Notes under the pieces: generated by a model
Databases searched by the model: none
What the model saw: only the letters and a program-made list of their open reading frames with translations
Told to the model about the DNA's origin: nothing
Shown: positions 50,730 through 64,000 of the stretch, one piece after another
Layout of the letters: each line of letters begins with the position of its first letter
Position numbering within the stretch: position 1 is the first letter of the stretch
Position numbers and translations under genes: made by a program
NCBI RefSeq assembly: GCF_006345805.1
Contig: NC_043007.1
Coordinates: 36,518,001 to 36,582,000 of the forward strand
From: Octopus sinensis
Taxonomy: Eukaryota
Length of the DNA stretch: 64,000 nt
Reading direction: 5' to 3'

Positions 50730-51469
50730 CTATATATAATATATACAGCCCAAGGTGCCATGCAGTGGGATCGAACTCAAAACCATATGCTTGGGAACCA
50801 AGATTCTTACCACACAGCTATAGACGTGTGTATGCATGTGTATGTCTATATATAAGACACATTATAATATAATTACATTCTAATTTCACTGAATAAATAT
50901 TTAACAATGAAATTAATATTAGTCATTGAAGTCAATTTGACCTTTAGGTTAATTTACGAAATTATTTTATCGGCAATATATCTGTCAAAGCCATCAATAA
51001 CTGAATAATTATTGGATTTTTGAAAAGTTTCAATACTGTAACAGTGGCATTCAAAAATGTTTGTCAAAAATCAATAAAGTGTGGGAGTACATATTCTTTT
51101 GATGTGGTATTGAGCTGTGGAAATTTATGTTCTCAGTTCAAATCACACACAAGTTAGTGTTTTCTTTCATCCTATTGAAATCAATGAAATAAGTATACGT
51201 TTGCAAGTACTGGTATTCATTTGATCAAATAGCCTTTGAAGCCGGTGCCCCAGCATGGCCACAATCAGTGGATTGTGGCCAGGAAGGGGATAAATGCATG
51301 GTTATTTCCTGGACAGACAATTAAATTATTAACTCCTTGGTGTTAATGAGGCTTTGCAAGATTGATGGAGACTGACAGATAACAAGAGAGAGAGAGGATG
51401 AGGAGAGAGTTAGAGGGAGGGGAAGTGAGAACAAGAGAAAATTTCACAAAAGAGAGATAACAAGAGATA

Positions 51470-51795
51470 GAAAGATAGGAAAAGAGAGAGAGAGCAATAA
51501 AGAGAGAGAGAGAGAGAGCAATAAAGAGAGAGAGAGAGAGAGCAATAAAGAGAGAGAGAAAGAGAGCAATAAAGAGAGAGCAAGAGAGAAAGAGAGCTCG
51601 GAGAAAGAGAGAGCAGAGAAGGAGAGAGAGAAGGGAGAGAGAGAGGAGAGAGAGAGAAAGAGCAAGACAAAAAGAGAGGGAGCAATAAAGACATAACAAG
51701 AGAGAGAGCAAGAGAGAAACAGAGAGCATGAGAGAAAGAGAGGGAGCAATAGAGACATAACAAGAGAGAGCAAGAGAGAGACATAGAGAGACAGA
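51470..51795 (+). repeat. Compound (GA)n/GCAATAAA polypurine minisatellite
   Basis: Direct reading. Confidence 0.8.
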
Positions 51796-52172
51796 CGACG
51801 GGCTTCTTTCAGTTTCTGTCTACCAAATCCAGTCACAAGGCTTTGCTTTGGTCAGCTCTAGGCTATAGTAGAAGACACTTGCCCAAGGTGCCATGCAGTG
51901 AGAGTGAACCTGGAACCATGTGGTTCCTAAGCAAGCTATTTACCACACAGCCACTCCTATGTAAAACTTAGCATGTTAATTATATTACCTTATTGACCCT
52001 ACATCACTGCCCCCTAAAACCTATCACCCCCTCTGACATGCCCTGTGGCACTGCCCACGTTGAGAAGCTTGGGTTTAGAGCAGTGCTCTGCAACCTTTTT
52101 TCACTTGCAGTACACTTATATTCTTTTCATAATTCAGCAGCACACCTGAACTAAAAATATAACTAAAACATA

Positions 52173-52582
52173 GGTGCAGGAGTGGCTGTGTGGTAGGTAG
52201 CTTGCTTACCAACCACATGGTTCCGGGTTCAGTCCCACTGTGTGGCATCTTGGGCAAGTGTCTTCTACTATAGCCTCAGGCCGACCGAAGCCTTGTGAGT
52301 GAATTTGGTAGACAGAAACTGAAAGAAGCCCGTCGTATATATGTATATATATGTATGTTTGTGTATATGTTTGTGTGTCTGTGTTCGTCCCCTCAAACAT
52401 AGCTTGACAACCGATGTTGGTGTGTTTATGTCCTTGTAACTTAGCGGTTCGGCAAAAGAGACCGATAGAATAAGTACTCGGCTTACAAAGAATAAGTCCT
52501 GGGGGTCGATTTGCTTGACTAAAGGCGGTGCTCCAGCATGGTCGCAGTCAAATTACTGAAACAAGTAAAATAGTAAGAGTAA
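52173..52582 (+). mobile_element. SINE family A, full length
   Basis: Collinear with 49908-50308. Confidence 0.85.
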
Positions 52583-53211
52583 AACTATGGAGAAAAAGAA
52601 TTATATTCAGGTTACACTGCAGCACACCTAGCATTGTCTCATGGCATCTCATGGCATACCAGTGTACTGTGGCATAGCAGTTGCAGAGCACTGGTTTATA
52701 GGAACATAGTAAAGCCACATAGAATTACTCATTGTATTAAAATTGAATGTGAACACATTTATAAAAGAATGAGTCCAACTCAAGGTATTTTTTCAAACCA
52801 AAACAAACAAACAAAAAAACGTCTTTTGTGGAACTTGACATTTTCATAAAACATATATATGTCACTCAGTTTCTGGTTCCGTTTGTCTTCACTGGAAAGC
52901 GATAACTATTCTGTATCCTTTTTTGCTGGATCAGCTGACCTACTACTATTAAATGAAGTGGGTCAAAGTTGCTATGACCTTCAGCAAACAGCTGACCAGA
53001 GGAGATTACTATGTGTTTTTCTGCATCCTGTGTATGTTCCTTGCCATCCATGTTTAATTTTTGTTTTGAGTGTGTGTGTGTGTGTATGTGTGTGTGTGTG
53101 TGTGTGAGTGTGAATGTGTTTGTGAGTGTGTATGTATAGATATTTATATATATGTGTATGTATATATACACATATATATGTTTGTATATGTATATATGTG
53201 TGTGTGTATGC

Positions 53212-53246
<35 letters not shown>

Positions 53247-54123
53247 ATACGTGCTTTTGCCTGTCTCTTCTCAAAGTTTGTTTTTCTAGCGTTCACCACT
53301 TCATGTCGTCTTAGCTTTTACTGTTTTGTTCTTACTTTTACTTGTGTTTTTAGTGTCCTGTTTTTGTTACCACTTTTAACCCTCTGCAAAAAATCTCAAA
53401 TTTTATTTAATTTGCTTTCCAGGAAGGACTGTTTTAATGAAGTCATTTCATGTCCCTACCTTCGAAATGCGGAGTAGATAAAACAGGGGACAACTGATGA
53501 AGGGAATGTTCTTTATGTTGCTTGTCTCATTTCTTTGTTTGTTTCTTTCATTGTTTGAAAAAAAAACGTTCGCTTTCCATGCTTTTATTTTTTATGCTCT
53601 CGTTATTCATTTTGTTGGCGGTTTTTTTAATGTCCTGTTCCCATATATGCATGTATATATACATATATATGTAGATATGTACATATATGCATAGCATGGT
53701 CGTTGCCAGTGCCGCCAGACTGTTTCCCGTGCAGGTAGCACATAAAAACATCTTTTGAACGTGGTCGTTGCCAGAACCGCCTGACTGGCCCTCGTGCCAG
53801 TGGCATGTAAAAACCACCCACTACACTCTCGGAGTGGCTGGCGTTAGGAAGGGCATCCAGCTGTAGAGACTTTGCCAGATCAGATTGAGCCTGGCGCAGC
53901 CTCTGGCTCACCAGTCCTCAGTCAAACTATCCAACCCATGCCAGCATGGAAAGCGGACGTTAAACGATGATGATGATGATAATATATTCTTTTACTCTTT
54001 TACTTGTTTTAGTCATCTGATTGTGGCCATGCTGGAGCATGTATATGTATATATACATAAGTACATGTGTGGGTGTGTATATATATATATATATATATTG
54101 TGTGTGTGTGTGTGTGTGTATAA

Positions 54124-54184
<61 letters not shown>

Positions 54185-54381
54185 CTTACTTTCAATTGAA
54201 TATGCATCAAAATGCTTAAATATTCAAGCAATTAACCATAATTTTCTTCCCTTTAAATATTTATTTAGATTTCAATTACTGATAAAATGGAAGATATTTA
54301 TTTTGTAAATCTGTTATGGAAACATGTGTACAAGAGTTATGTAAATAAATATTTTTAAATATTATATTTTATGTATATCTA

Positions 54382-54620
54382 CAGAGTGTCTCCAAAAATG
54401 TGTACACATTTTAACAGCTGGTAACTCAATTTTCTTATCTTTTTAGATTTAACCCATTGCAATTAATGAAGGAAGTCAGACTAAGTTTTGAAGAAAGGAA
54501 ATTAACCCCAAAGGGCTACAGGAAGTTTGAAAACGCAAAGTGCAAAGAGAATTTTGGTGGGAGTTTCAAACAGATTCACTAATGCAACTAAGCAACACTT
54601 GAATTAAAAGCAGATGTTTA
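54382..54620 (+). mobile_element. Tc1/mariner-superfamily 5' fragment
   Basis: TA|CAGAGTGTCTCCAAAAATGTGTACAC terminus and decayed RLSFEERK..YRKFENA/VQREF..EFQT N-terminal transposase-like reading. Confidence 0.6.
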
Positions 54621-56264
54621 ACTAAATCTTCCCATCATTGTGGAGGCCTTCCAAGTGGCCTTTTCCGATCTCTTGGATACCACCCAGCAACTGCACAAGC
54701 TCATCTTGCAATATGTCCAACCCCACAGAACGTGTACTTTCAATATTCTGCAATCACGTCATTCACTCAGCTCCATTCTCCAAATTATCTCATTTCAGAT
54801 GTACTCCCACAATAATATTCCTAGCATTGAAGACAGGGAGCTGGCAGAATCCTTAGCTGTTGCTGCTGTGACCCCCTTCGGTCATGAATGACCATGGGAT
54901 TGCACCTAGAAAGTTACCCTCCGAGGCACAAGTCTGGGCAAGGTTGTTTATGGAAGACCAGCAGTCACCCACGCATACCAGCCTCCCCTCTCCATGCCAC
55001 CAGTGTAATCCAAAGGAAAGGCAAAGGCTGATACAGCTTGGCACCAGTGACGTCGCAGCTCATTTATTAACATGCAAGTGGCTGAGCACTCCACAGACAC
55101 ATGTACCCTTAATGTAGTTCTCGGGGAGATTTAGTGTTACACAGTATGTGACAAGGCTGGCCCTTACACTGGGTAAAATGGTTAGCAGCATTCTAAGTTC
55201 AAATTCTGCTAAGGATGATTTTATCTTTCAACCTTTCACGGTCAATGAAATAAAAGTTCTGCAATAGGGTTGATATAATCAACTTTTTCCCTCCCAAAAA
55301 ATTGCCAGCCTTGTGCCAAAATTTGAAACCAAAATTCCTAGCGTTGAGAGTAAGTGGGCGAGCGAGAGAAAAAGTGACAGACGGAGAATGAAAAACAGAC
55401 ATAGTAAGAGGGAGCAACTGAAGATTGAGAGCAGGAACTAAAAGACAAAATGAGAGACAGACAGAGAGACAGACACAGAGAGAAAGTGAATAAATGAATG
55501 AATGAATAATTGCAATGTTTATTGTAAGTAAGTAAGAAAAAAAAAAAGAAGGGGGCGATCATTTATTAAAGCACCATTTGTTTCTGAGGTGGTGCAATGA
55601 ACAACTACCAATATGGCAACAGTAGAGAAGCATATTCTCATTTAGCTTCCAGTTACTACCACAATCACCATTTCATTTCACAGACTGTTTGCTGACAGAT
55701 TTTCTCAAGGCAGTAATATTAACACTTTTAATATCAATTCGCTTGAGAAGACTCATTACAAAAGCTTTCGTATTACTTGCTTGTTATGATGTAGATTATA
55801 AACCTTGAGATTACAGTTGGTTAACACCAAAATATATATTGTGGAGGTGCAAAGGCCCAGTGGTTAGGGCAGTGGACTCGTGGCCGTAGGATCGCGGTTT
55901 CGATTCGCAGACCAGGCGTTGTGAGTGTTTATTGAGTGAAAACACCTAAAAAAGCTCCACGAGTCTCCGGCAGGGGGGGGGGGGCGATCCCTGCTGTACT
56001 CTTTTGTCACAACTTTCTCTCATTCTTTCTTCTGTTGGCCTGCTCGCTTAGCCAACGGGGTGGCATCATTTGAAGGCTAAAACAATGCAAAGCGCATTGT
56101 GACCAGTGATGCGTAGCAACATCTGATAGCCTGGTTGGTCACAGTGATCACGGTGTTATAGATAGATATATATAGATATATATATATATATATATGTAGG
56201 TCCCGGGTTGAGTCGGGGTTAACCACAGTAAATAAGGTACTCAATACATAGCAGAGTAAATTAA

Positions 56265-56360
56265 TTTATTTTATAGAAGGAGCTTCTTCAGGACTAGCTT
56301 CCTGATGATTTCATTTGAATGAAACAGTTCTAGTCCTGTAGAAGCTCCTTCTATAAAATA

Positions 56361-56362
<2 letters not shown>
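56265..56362. repeat. ~98-nt foldback (23 bp + T-T mismatch + 9 bp arms)
   Basis: TTTATTTTATAGAAGGAGCTTCT-T-CAGGACTAG ... CTAGTCCTG-T-AGAAGCTCCTTCTATAAAATAAA. Confidence 0.88.
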
Positions 56363-56440
<78 letters not shown>

Positions 56441-57340
56441 AACGCAGGCATGGCTGTGTGGTAAGAAGCTTGCTTCCCAAGCACATGGTTCTAGGTTCAG
56501 TCCCACTGTGGACAATGAGTCTTCTACTACAGCTTCAGTGTATTTGGTAGATAGAAATTCAAAAGCCCATTCTTTATGTATATGTAAAGTCACATACATG
56601 CATAGGAATATACATACATATATATATGTATGTATATGCCTATGCGTATATGTGACTTTGTGTCTGTGTTTGTAACCCCCTCACCACTTGACAACTGGTG
56701 TTGGTGTGTTTATGTCCCTGTAACTTAGCAGCTCAACAAAACAGACCAATAGAGTAAGTATTAGGCTTTATAAATAAGTCCTGGGGTTGATTTGTTCAAC
56801 TAAAATCCTTCAAGACATATATACACACATATATAGATACACAACACACACACACATAGATACACACACACACACACACACACACAATATATATCAAAGA
56901 AAGTGCATGGTTCAGTGGTTAGAGTGTTAATGACTTCAATTCCCCGATGGAGTTGTGTGTTGTCTTCTTGAGCAAAACACTTTATTTTCACATTGCTCCA
57001 GTTCACTCGTCTGTAGAAATGAATTGTTACTTCACTGATGGCAAGCTGTATTGGCCTTTTCCTTTCCCTTGGATAACATCAGTAGTATGGAGAGGCTGGT
57101 ATGCATGGGTGACGACTGGTCTTCCATAAACAACCTTGCTCAGACTTATGCCTTGGAAGGTAACTTTCTAAGTGCAATCCCATCGCCATTCATGACTGAA
57201 GGGGGTCATTACTCTTCATATATATCATCATCATCATTAAAGGAGGAGGAGGAAATGGCAGAGTAGTTATGGAAGGAGTTATGCAAATGAGAAATTTGTT
57301 TTATTTAATTTTTATTTCAAGATAATATCTAGATAATATC

Positions 57341-57446
57341 TACTTGCTTCAGCAGTACATATACTAAAATTGGAATGATACAGAGAAGATTAGCATGGCC
57401 CCTGCACAAGGATAACATGCAAATTCGTGAAGCATTCCATATTTTT
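57341..57446 (+). pseudogene. U6: Full-length U6 snRNA retrocopy (pseudogene)
   Basis: TACTTGCTTCAGCAGTACATATACTAAAATTGGAATGATACAGAGAAGATTAGCATGGCCCCTGCACAAGGATAACATGCAAATTCGTGAAGCATTCCATATTTTT, with ACAGAGA box intact. Most differences from canonical U6 are CpG-type transitions, and it is fused to a SINE. Confidence 0.95.
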
Positions 57447-57447
57447 A

Positions 57448-57834
57448 AGCACAGGAGTGGCTGTGTGGTAAGTAGCTTGCTTACCAACCACATGGTTCCA
57501 GGTTCAGTTCCACTGCGTGGCACCTTGGGCAAGCGTCTTCTACTGAAGCCTTGGGCCGATCAAAGCCTTGTGAGTGGATTTGGTGGACAGAAATTGAAAG
57601 AAGCCCGTCATATATATGTATATATGTGTGTGTTTGTGTGTCTGTGTTTGTGCACCCAATATCGCTTGACAACCGATGCTGGTGTGTTTACATCCCCATA
57701 ACTCAGCGGTTCAGCAAAAGAGACCGATAGAATAAGTACTAGGCTTACAAAGAATAAGTCCTGGGGTCAATTTGCTCGACTAAAGGCAGTGCTCCTGCAT
57801 GGCCGCAGTCAAATGACTGAAACAAGTAAAAGAG
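57448..57834 (+). mobile_element. SINE family A fused to the 3' end of U6
   Basis: The head AGCACAGGAGTGGCTGTGTGG begins one base after the U6 T-tract. Confidence 0.88.
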
Positions 57835-59327
57835 TATTGTTCCCTTTTGAAAATTAGTATTCATTCCATCATTTTGTATAAGAAACAAAAAATTTGTTAC
57901 AAAGTTAAATTATGATTATTGTATACCATATTTCCTGATATTTACTCACAGTGGCTAAAGAATATTTCTACGGCTACTCATCATATGCAGTCTTAATTAC
58001 AATGATTCATCATCATCATCATCATTAGCAGCAGGACTTTTACATGAGCTCTTTGGTCCATGCAGGCATGGGTTGGACAAAACTTCTTGGGACTGTATTT
58101 TAAAGCCCAAAAGTCTCCCTGAAGGCAAATCTTGCTTTTTCTCAAGTAAGGTTCTTCATTGCATACCAGTGTATATCAAATTGCTGCTAGACATTTTCTT
58201 AATATGAGATCCACAGCACATCTTTACCATTATCTCTCTCTCTCTCTCTTTTTTTTCTCTCTCCATCTGAGGTAACCATGTCTCTCTTTTAATACAAGAC
58301 ACCTTTTCTGTTCCTCAACACTACTCCCTGCCCCAGTTGAGGAGTCTTGTCTAACAAGTTACTTTGTGACTTCACTAGTGCTGGTGCCATGTAAAAAAAA
58401 ATGACACCCAATACACCCTGTAAAGTAGCTGACATTAGGAAGGGCATCCAGCCATAAAAACTATGTCAAAGCAGAGAGCAGAGTTTGTGCAGCCTTCTGA
58501 CTGACTTGCACGGTTCTTGTCAAACCCGTCCAACCCATGCCAGCATGGAAAATGGACATTAAATGATAATGATGCTGGTGGTGGTGATGATAAGGAGGAC
58601 AGGGAAACAGAGGAGGAGATAGAGAAGATGGAAGACGGCGAGGAAGACAAAGAGAATGAAGAAGAGGAGGAGGAAGTGGAGGACAAGGAAGAGAAAGAGG
58701 AAGAAGAAAAAGAAGAGGAGGAGATAGAATTAGTATCACCATTATGAAAACTATCAATACAGAGAAACACAGAGAAACACAGATAAAACACACACACACA
58801 CACACAGTTCAACAATAGCCAACACTTGCAGTGTAGAGTGTACCATGCATTCATTAATGATTTTATGTGCTTATGTAGTTTCAAGCCAGTAGAGACTTCT
58901 CAGACTCCCCGCTACCCTTGGCCCAGCAGGATATTTGCAATGTGACAGCTGGAAGGACAAAGGACTGCATCAATAATGGGCCAGTACTGATTTTTAGCTG
59001 TGCAGACTGCAGCAATGTGAAATGAAGTGGCTTGCTCAAGGAGAAAACACTGGTTTTGAAACTACAACCTTCTGACTGATAGTCCAACACCCTAAGCACC
59101 AGACCATGAGCCTTCATAATACAAATAAACACACATAGGCGCAGGAGTGGCTGTGTGGTAAGTAGCTTGCTAACCAACCACATGGTTCCGGGTTCAGTCC
59201 CACTGCGTGGCATCTTGGGCAAGTGTCTTCTGCTATAGCTCCGGGCCGACCAATGCCTTGTGAGTGGATTTGGTAGACGGAAACTGAATGAAGCCTGTCG
59301 TATATATGTATATATATATGTATGTAT

Positions 59328-60741
59328 AGGTGCAGCAATGTCAAAGGTAGGCTAACTGGGAAGATAGTTTTTGTATGTGGCAGATACTTGGGAGCATTAA
59401 CCTCCGAAAATCTGCAGAAAACAACTTCCGTCACTTTCCAGGGGGAAAAACTAGAAGTAGTTGATAGCTTCCGTTATCTAGGTGACCAAGTCAGTAGTGG
59501 GGGTGGGTGCGCTGAAAGTGTAACTGCTAGAATAAGAATAGCTTGGGCAAAGTTTAGGGAGCTCTTACCTCTGCTGGTGACTAAAGGCCTCTCGCTCAGA
59601 GTAAAAGGCAGACTGTATGATGCATGTGTACGAACAGCCATGCTACATGGCAGTGAAACATGGGCCGTGACTGCTGAGGATATGCGTAAGCTCGTGAGGA
59701 ATGAAGCCAGTATGCTCCGATGGATGTGTAATGTCAGTGTACATACTCGACAGAGCGTTAGCACCTTGAGAGAAATGTTGTACCTAAGAAGCATCAGTTG
59801 TGGTGTGCAAGAGAGATGATTGCGCTGGTATGGTCATGTAGCGAGAATGGATGAAGATAGGTGTGTGAGAAAGTGCCAATCCCTAGCAGTTGAGGGAACC
59901 CATGGAAGAGGTAGACCCAGGAAAACCTGGGACGAGGTGGTGAAGCACGACCTTCGAACTTTAGGTCTCACTGAGGAAATGACCAGCGACCGAGACCTTT
60001 GGAAATATTCTGTACGTGAGAAGACCAGGCGGGACAAGTGAGCCCAGCCCACTTATGAATGCCTTTCCTCCCTTGGACACAAAGACCTGTTGAGGCAAGC
60101 GAAGTCGATATAGAACCTCATCCGACGACAGGCACCCATGCCAACCCACTCTGCTTGCGAAGACATGTTGGGGCAAGCGAAATCGAAATCGAAACCGAAT
60201 TGAACCAGCCAGGATCCCTGGTCTGGTGGTACGTAAAAAGCACTATCTGACTCGTGGCCGATGCCAGCGCCGCTTCCACTGGGTTCTGTGCCGGTGGCAC
60301 GTAAAATACTCCAATCCGACCGTACGACAGGCACCCATGCCAACGCCTTTGCTGTGTGAGACATGTGGGGCAAGCGAAATCGAAATCGAATTGAACCAGC
60401 CAGGATCGCTGGTCTGGTGGTACGTAAAAAGCACTATCCGACTCGTGGCTGATGCCAGCATCGCCTCGACTGGCTTCCGTGCCGGTGGCACATAAAATAC
60501 ACCAATCCGACCGTGGCTGTTGCCAGCCTCGCCTGGCACCTGTGCAGGTGGCACGTAAAAAGCACCCACTACACTCACGGAGTGGTTGGCGTTAGGAAGG
60601 GCATCCAGCAGTAGAAACATTGCCAGATTAGACTGGAGCCTGGTGCAGCCTTCTGGCTTCCCAGATCCCCGGTCGAACCATCCAACCCATGCTAGCATGG
60701 AGAACGGACGTTAAACGATGATGATGATGATGATGATGATG
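59328..60741 (+). mobile_element. Same RTE family, 3' fragment with duplicated 3' UTR unit, inserted in the internal microsatellite of a family-A SINE
   Basis: Near-identical to 2643-3823. ORFs 59322-59819 and 59820-60041. Ends GGACGTTAAACGATGATGAT. SINE halves lie at 59147-59320 and 60742-60955. Confidence 0.95.
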
Positions 60742-61893
60742 TGTTTGTGTGTCTGTGTTTCTCGCCTCCAACATCGCTTGACAACCGATGCTGGTGTGTT
60801 TACGTCCCTGTCACTTAGCGGTTCGGCAAACGAGACCGATAGAATAAGTACTGGGCTTACAAAGAATAAGTCCCGGGGTCGATTTGCTCGACTAAGGGTG
60901 GTGCTCCAGCATGGCCGCAGTCAAATGACTGAAACAAGTAAAAGAGTAAAAGAGATAACATCCAGAGATTCTTAGTATAAAAGACACTTAGTAGTTCTCA
61001 AAAAGATTCAAACCTAGACTACGAAGATTTCACAGGTGTTTGATTCCACAGGGTAAAGAGCGGCTATAAGAGGGAACAAGTTGAGAGGATATAGAGGCAA
61101 TTATGCGGATAAACAAATTACATATACTAAATATAATATAATAGTTTGGGCATGAAACACAATATCATCATCATCATCATTGTTTAACGTCCGCTTTCCA
61201 TGCTAGCATGGGTTAGATGATTTGACTGAGGACTGGCGAACCAGATGGCTGCACCAGGCACCAATCTTGATCTGACAGAGTTTCTATAGCTGGATGCCCT
61301 TCCTAATGCCAATCACTCCGAGAGTGATGTATACATGAAAAATGAGAAAAAGCAAAAGATGGAGACTTTCAGACAATGAATATTTAAGTACAAATATATA
61401 GATGTATTTATTAATAGATCCAACTTATACAGAGTACAAATGACAGAGAAAATCAAGGGGGTGGCCGAAAGGTGTCCTAAGTCTAACAGCTGTTTCTGGG
61501 ACTTTGGAGATCTATGATAATGTTGGTAGATATAGTTCATTTCAATATGCAGCTGTAATGGATATTGTAAAGCAGAGAAGTTCCAAGATGGCTCCACATA
61601 TTCATACACACACACACATATATATATATTCTATATATATATGCCTTCAAAACACGCTGGAGCCGAACTAGTGACAGCTGATGAAGGGGATTTTTCCTTG
61701 TGTAGTATGTCCTGTACTCTGTTTTTTCTGTTGTAAAAAAATGTTTTTTCCATTTTCGTTTCTCGTTGAGTTCTACGTCTAGTTGTGGTGTCCTGTACTC
61801 ACGTGTATATATATTTATATATGCATGTATATAAACATGTAGATGTAGGTACGTACATATATGTTTGTATGTATGCATATATTTTATTTATTA

Positions 61894-61937
<44 letters not shown>

Positions 61938-62174
61938 GCTTATGTATATGCTATAAAGTGGTTAACATTAGGAAGGGCATCTTGCCATGGAAAACATGCC
62001 GAAGCAAACATTGGAAACCAATGCAGTCCTTGGACTTATCAGATCCAGTCAAATCATCCAGCCACTGCTAGCATGGGACATGAACATTAAATGATGATGA
62101 TATATACACATATATATATATATATTCATATATACATACATTCATACATACATATATATACACACATACACACG

Positions 62175-62208
<34 letters not shown>

Positions 62209-62720
62209 TACATACACACAAGCATATATAATATACATACATGCACACACATATATATATATACATACATACACATATACATGAACATATATACATACAT
62301 AAATACATATATATGAACATATATACATACATAAATACATATATATGAACATATATACCATTATTTACATAAATACATATATACTACACATATATAACTA
62401 TACATAAATACATATTATACATACTAAATACATATATAGAACATATATACCTACATAACTAATATATATGAACATATTATACATACATAATATATATATA
62501 TGAAAATATATACATACATAAATAAACTATATCTGACATACTAATAATAATACATATATGAAAACAACTATGGTACATACATAAATACATATATATGAAC
62601 ATATATACATACATAAATACATATATATGAACATATATACATACATAAATACATATATATATGAAAATATATATATATACATGTGTATATATATTATATA
62701 TATATATATCACACACACAG

Positions 62721-62751
<31 letters not shown>

Positions 62752-63454
62752 AATAATACAAATACATATATATGACAGTTTTCTATACAGTTTCTTATTT
62801 CTTTATTGCCCACAAGGGGCTAAAAATAGAGGGGACAAACAAACGGATTAAGTCAATTACATCGACCCCAGTGCGTAACTGGTACTTAATTTTATCAACC
62901 CTGAGAGGATGAGAGGCAAAATCGACATCGGTGGAATTTGAACTCAGAACATAGCCACAGATGAAATACCACTAAGCATTTCACCTGGCGTGCTAACGTT
63001 TCTGCCAGCTTGCCGCCTTATATATACAGGCTTCTATACAGTTTCTATCAACAAAATTTCACTTGCAAAGCATTGGTCAGTTAAAAGCTGTAGCAGAAGG
63101 CACTCACCCAAGGCTCCTTGGTTCCATACAGAAGAAAGGAACCAAAAATCCTGTGGTCGCAAAGCAAACTTCTCGGCCACACAGCTAAGTCATGCTTGAA
63201 TATTAATTACAACACACAATTAATTTAACTCGTTAGACATACAGTCACTAAATTGTGATTTTCATTGCCAAATCATTATAAATTTATGAATATACACGTA
63301 CTTATAAATATGTGTATCGCCAACATTATAATTATAAATAAATATATACATCAACACACTTATACACACCTATTGTATCGTTAACTATAATAATTGGATG
63401 AATGTATCTACATACACATGTATACATAATTAGATGCATTTAGAGCTTGTAAAC

Positions 63455-63487
<33 letters not shown>

Positions 63488-63943
63488 ACACACTTATACA
63501 CACATGTATCACCAGCATTATAATTATAAATAGATTCACATATAAATACACTTTTACATACATGAATATTTAATTATATAAATAGATACGCATACACAAA
63601 CTCACACATACATACATGCATGCATGCATACATACATACATGAGTATATCACCATTATTATAACAATTACTTTAAAATCAGTGTTTCCAAGCTAGCATAG
63701 ATTGGCAGAACACACACACATACGCACATATGTATATTTATACACACACTCATACATACACATGCATATACACATGGTCTTGTAGCATGTGATATCTGAG
63801 ATGAATATTCGCCATAGTAGTGAAGTCAATATACAATGTCCTAACCAATATCCAATATCTATCCCGCGATTCCTTTGAATTGATTAACACCACCGCTGCC
63901 AACAACTACAAATTCACAGACCAAGAACATCTTGTACAAGTGT

Positions 63944-63976
<33 letters not shown>

Positions 63977-64000
63977 GACTGGGTGGGGAGGAAAGTGCAT

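Noticed and set aside
52953-53057. Short ORF with TM-like end (MKWVKVAMTFSKQLTRGDYYVFFCILCMFLAIHV)
   Set aside because: No recognisable family, no convincing acceptor, 34 aa.
53455-61700. CCTTC(G/A)AAA...CTGATGAAGGG at ~53460-53505 and ~61643-61690 as type II hammerheads
   Set aside because: Stems I and III and the NUH site could not be formed; no GAAA after the downstream hairpin.
40634-64000. PRKD exon 1 (expected to end ...QK) and, below 40495, the C1a exon (RPH..HSY..FCD.CG)
   Set aside because: Scanned by eye around minus-strand donor motifs and found none; probably outside the window, but a manual miss is possible.

Overview
Eukaryotic, AT-rich, repeat-saturated genomic DNA. The repeat families and microsatellite load resemble an Octopus-type coleoid cephalopod (inferred, not verified). 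The only host coding sequence I can support is one 139-nt minus-strand exon (40495-40633). It encodes the C-terminal part of the ubiquitin-like domain of protein kinase D (PRKD), so most or all of the window is probably PRKD intron. The rest is mobile DNA: three or more RTE-clade LINE families, an R4/Dong LINE 3' end, a Ty3/Gypsy remnant with a 194-bp LTR, Tigger, mariner and piggyBac-type elements, Helitrons, four tRNA-headed SINE families with interchangeable 3' tails, and a U6 snRNA retrocopy fused to a SINE. Features worth a second look: (i) several families of short ORF-less elements carrying hammerhead-ribozyme cores, probably Penelope-like LTRs or retrozymes, the best at 16737-16795; (ii) many foldback/palindromic structures; (iii) a twin-priming-type 5' inversion in a non-L1 LINE; (iv) a local template-switch palindrome that can be read against its unrearranged neighbour. 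Family letters A-E and H1-H3 are my working labels. SINE boundaries are approximate (about +/-10-20 bp). All alignments and folds were done by eye.
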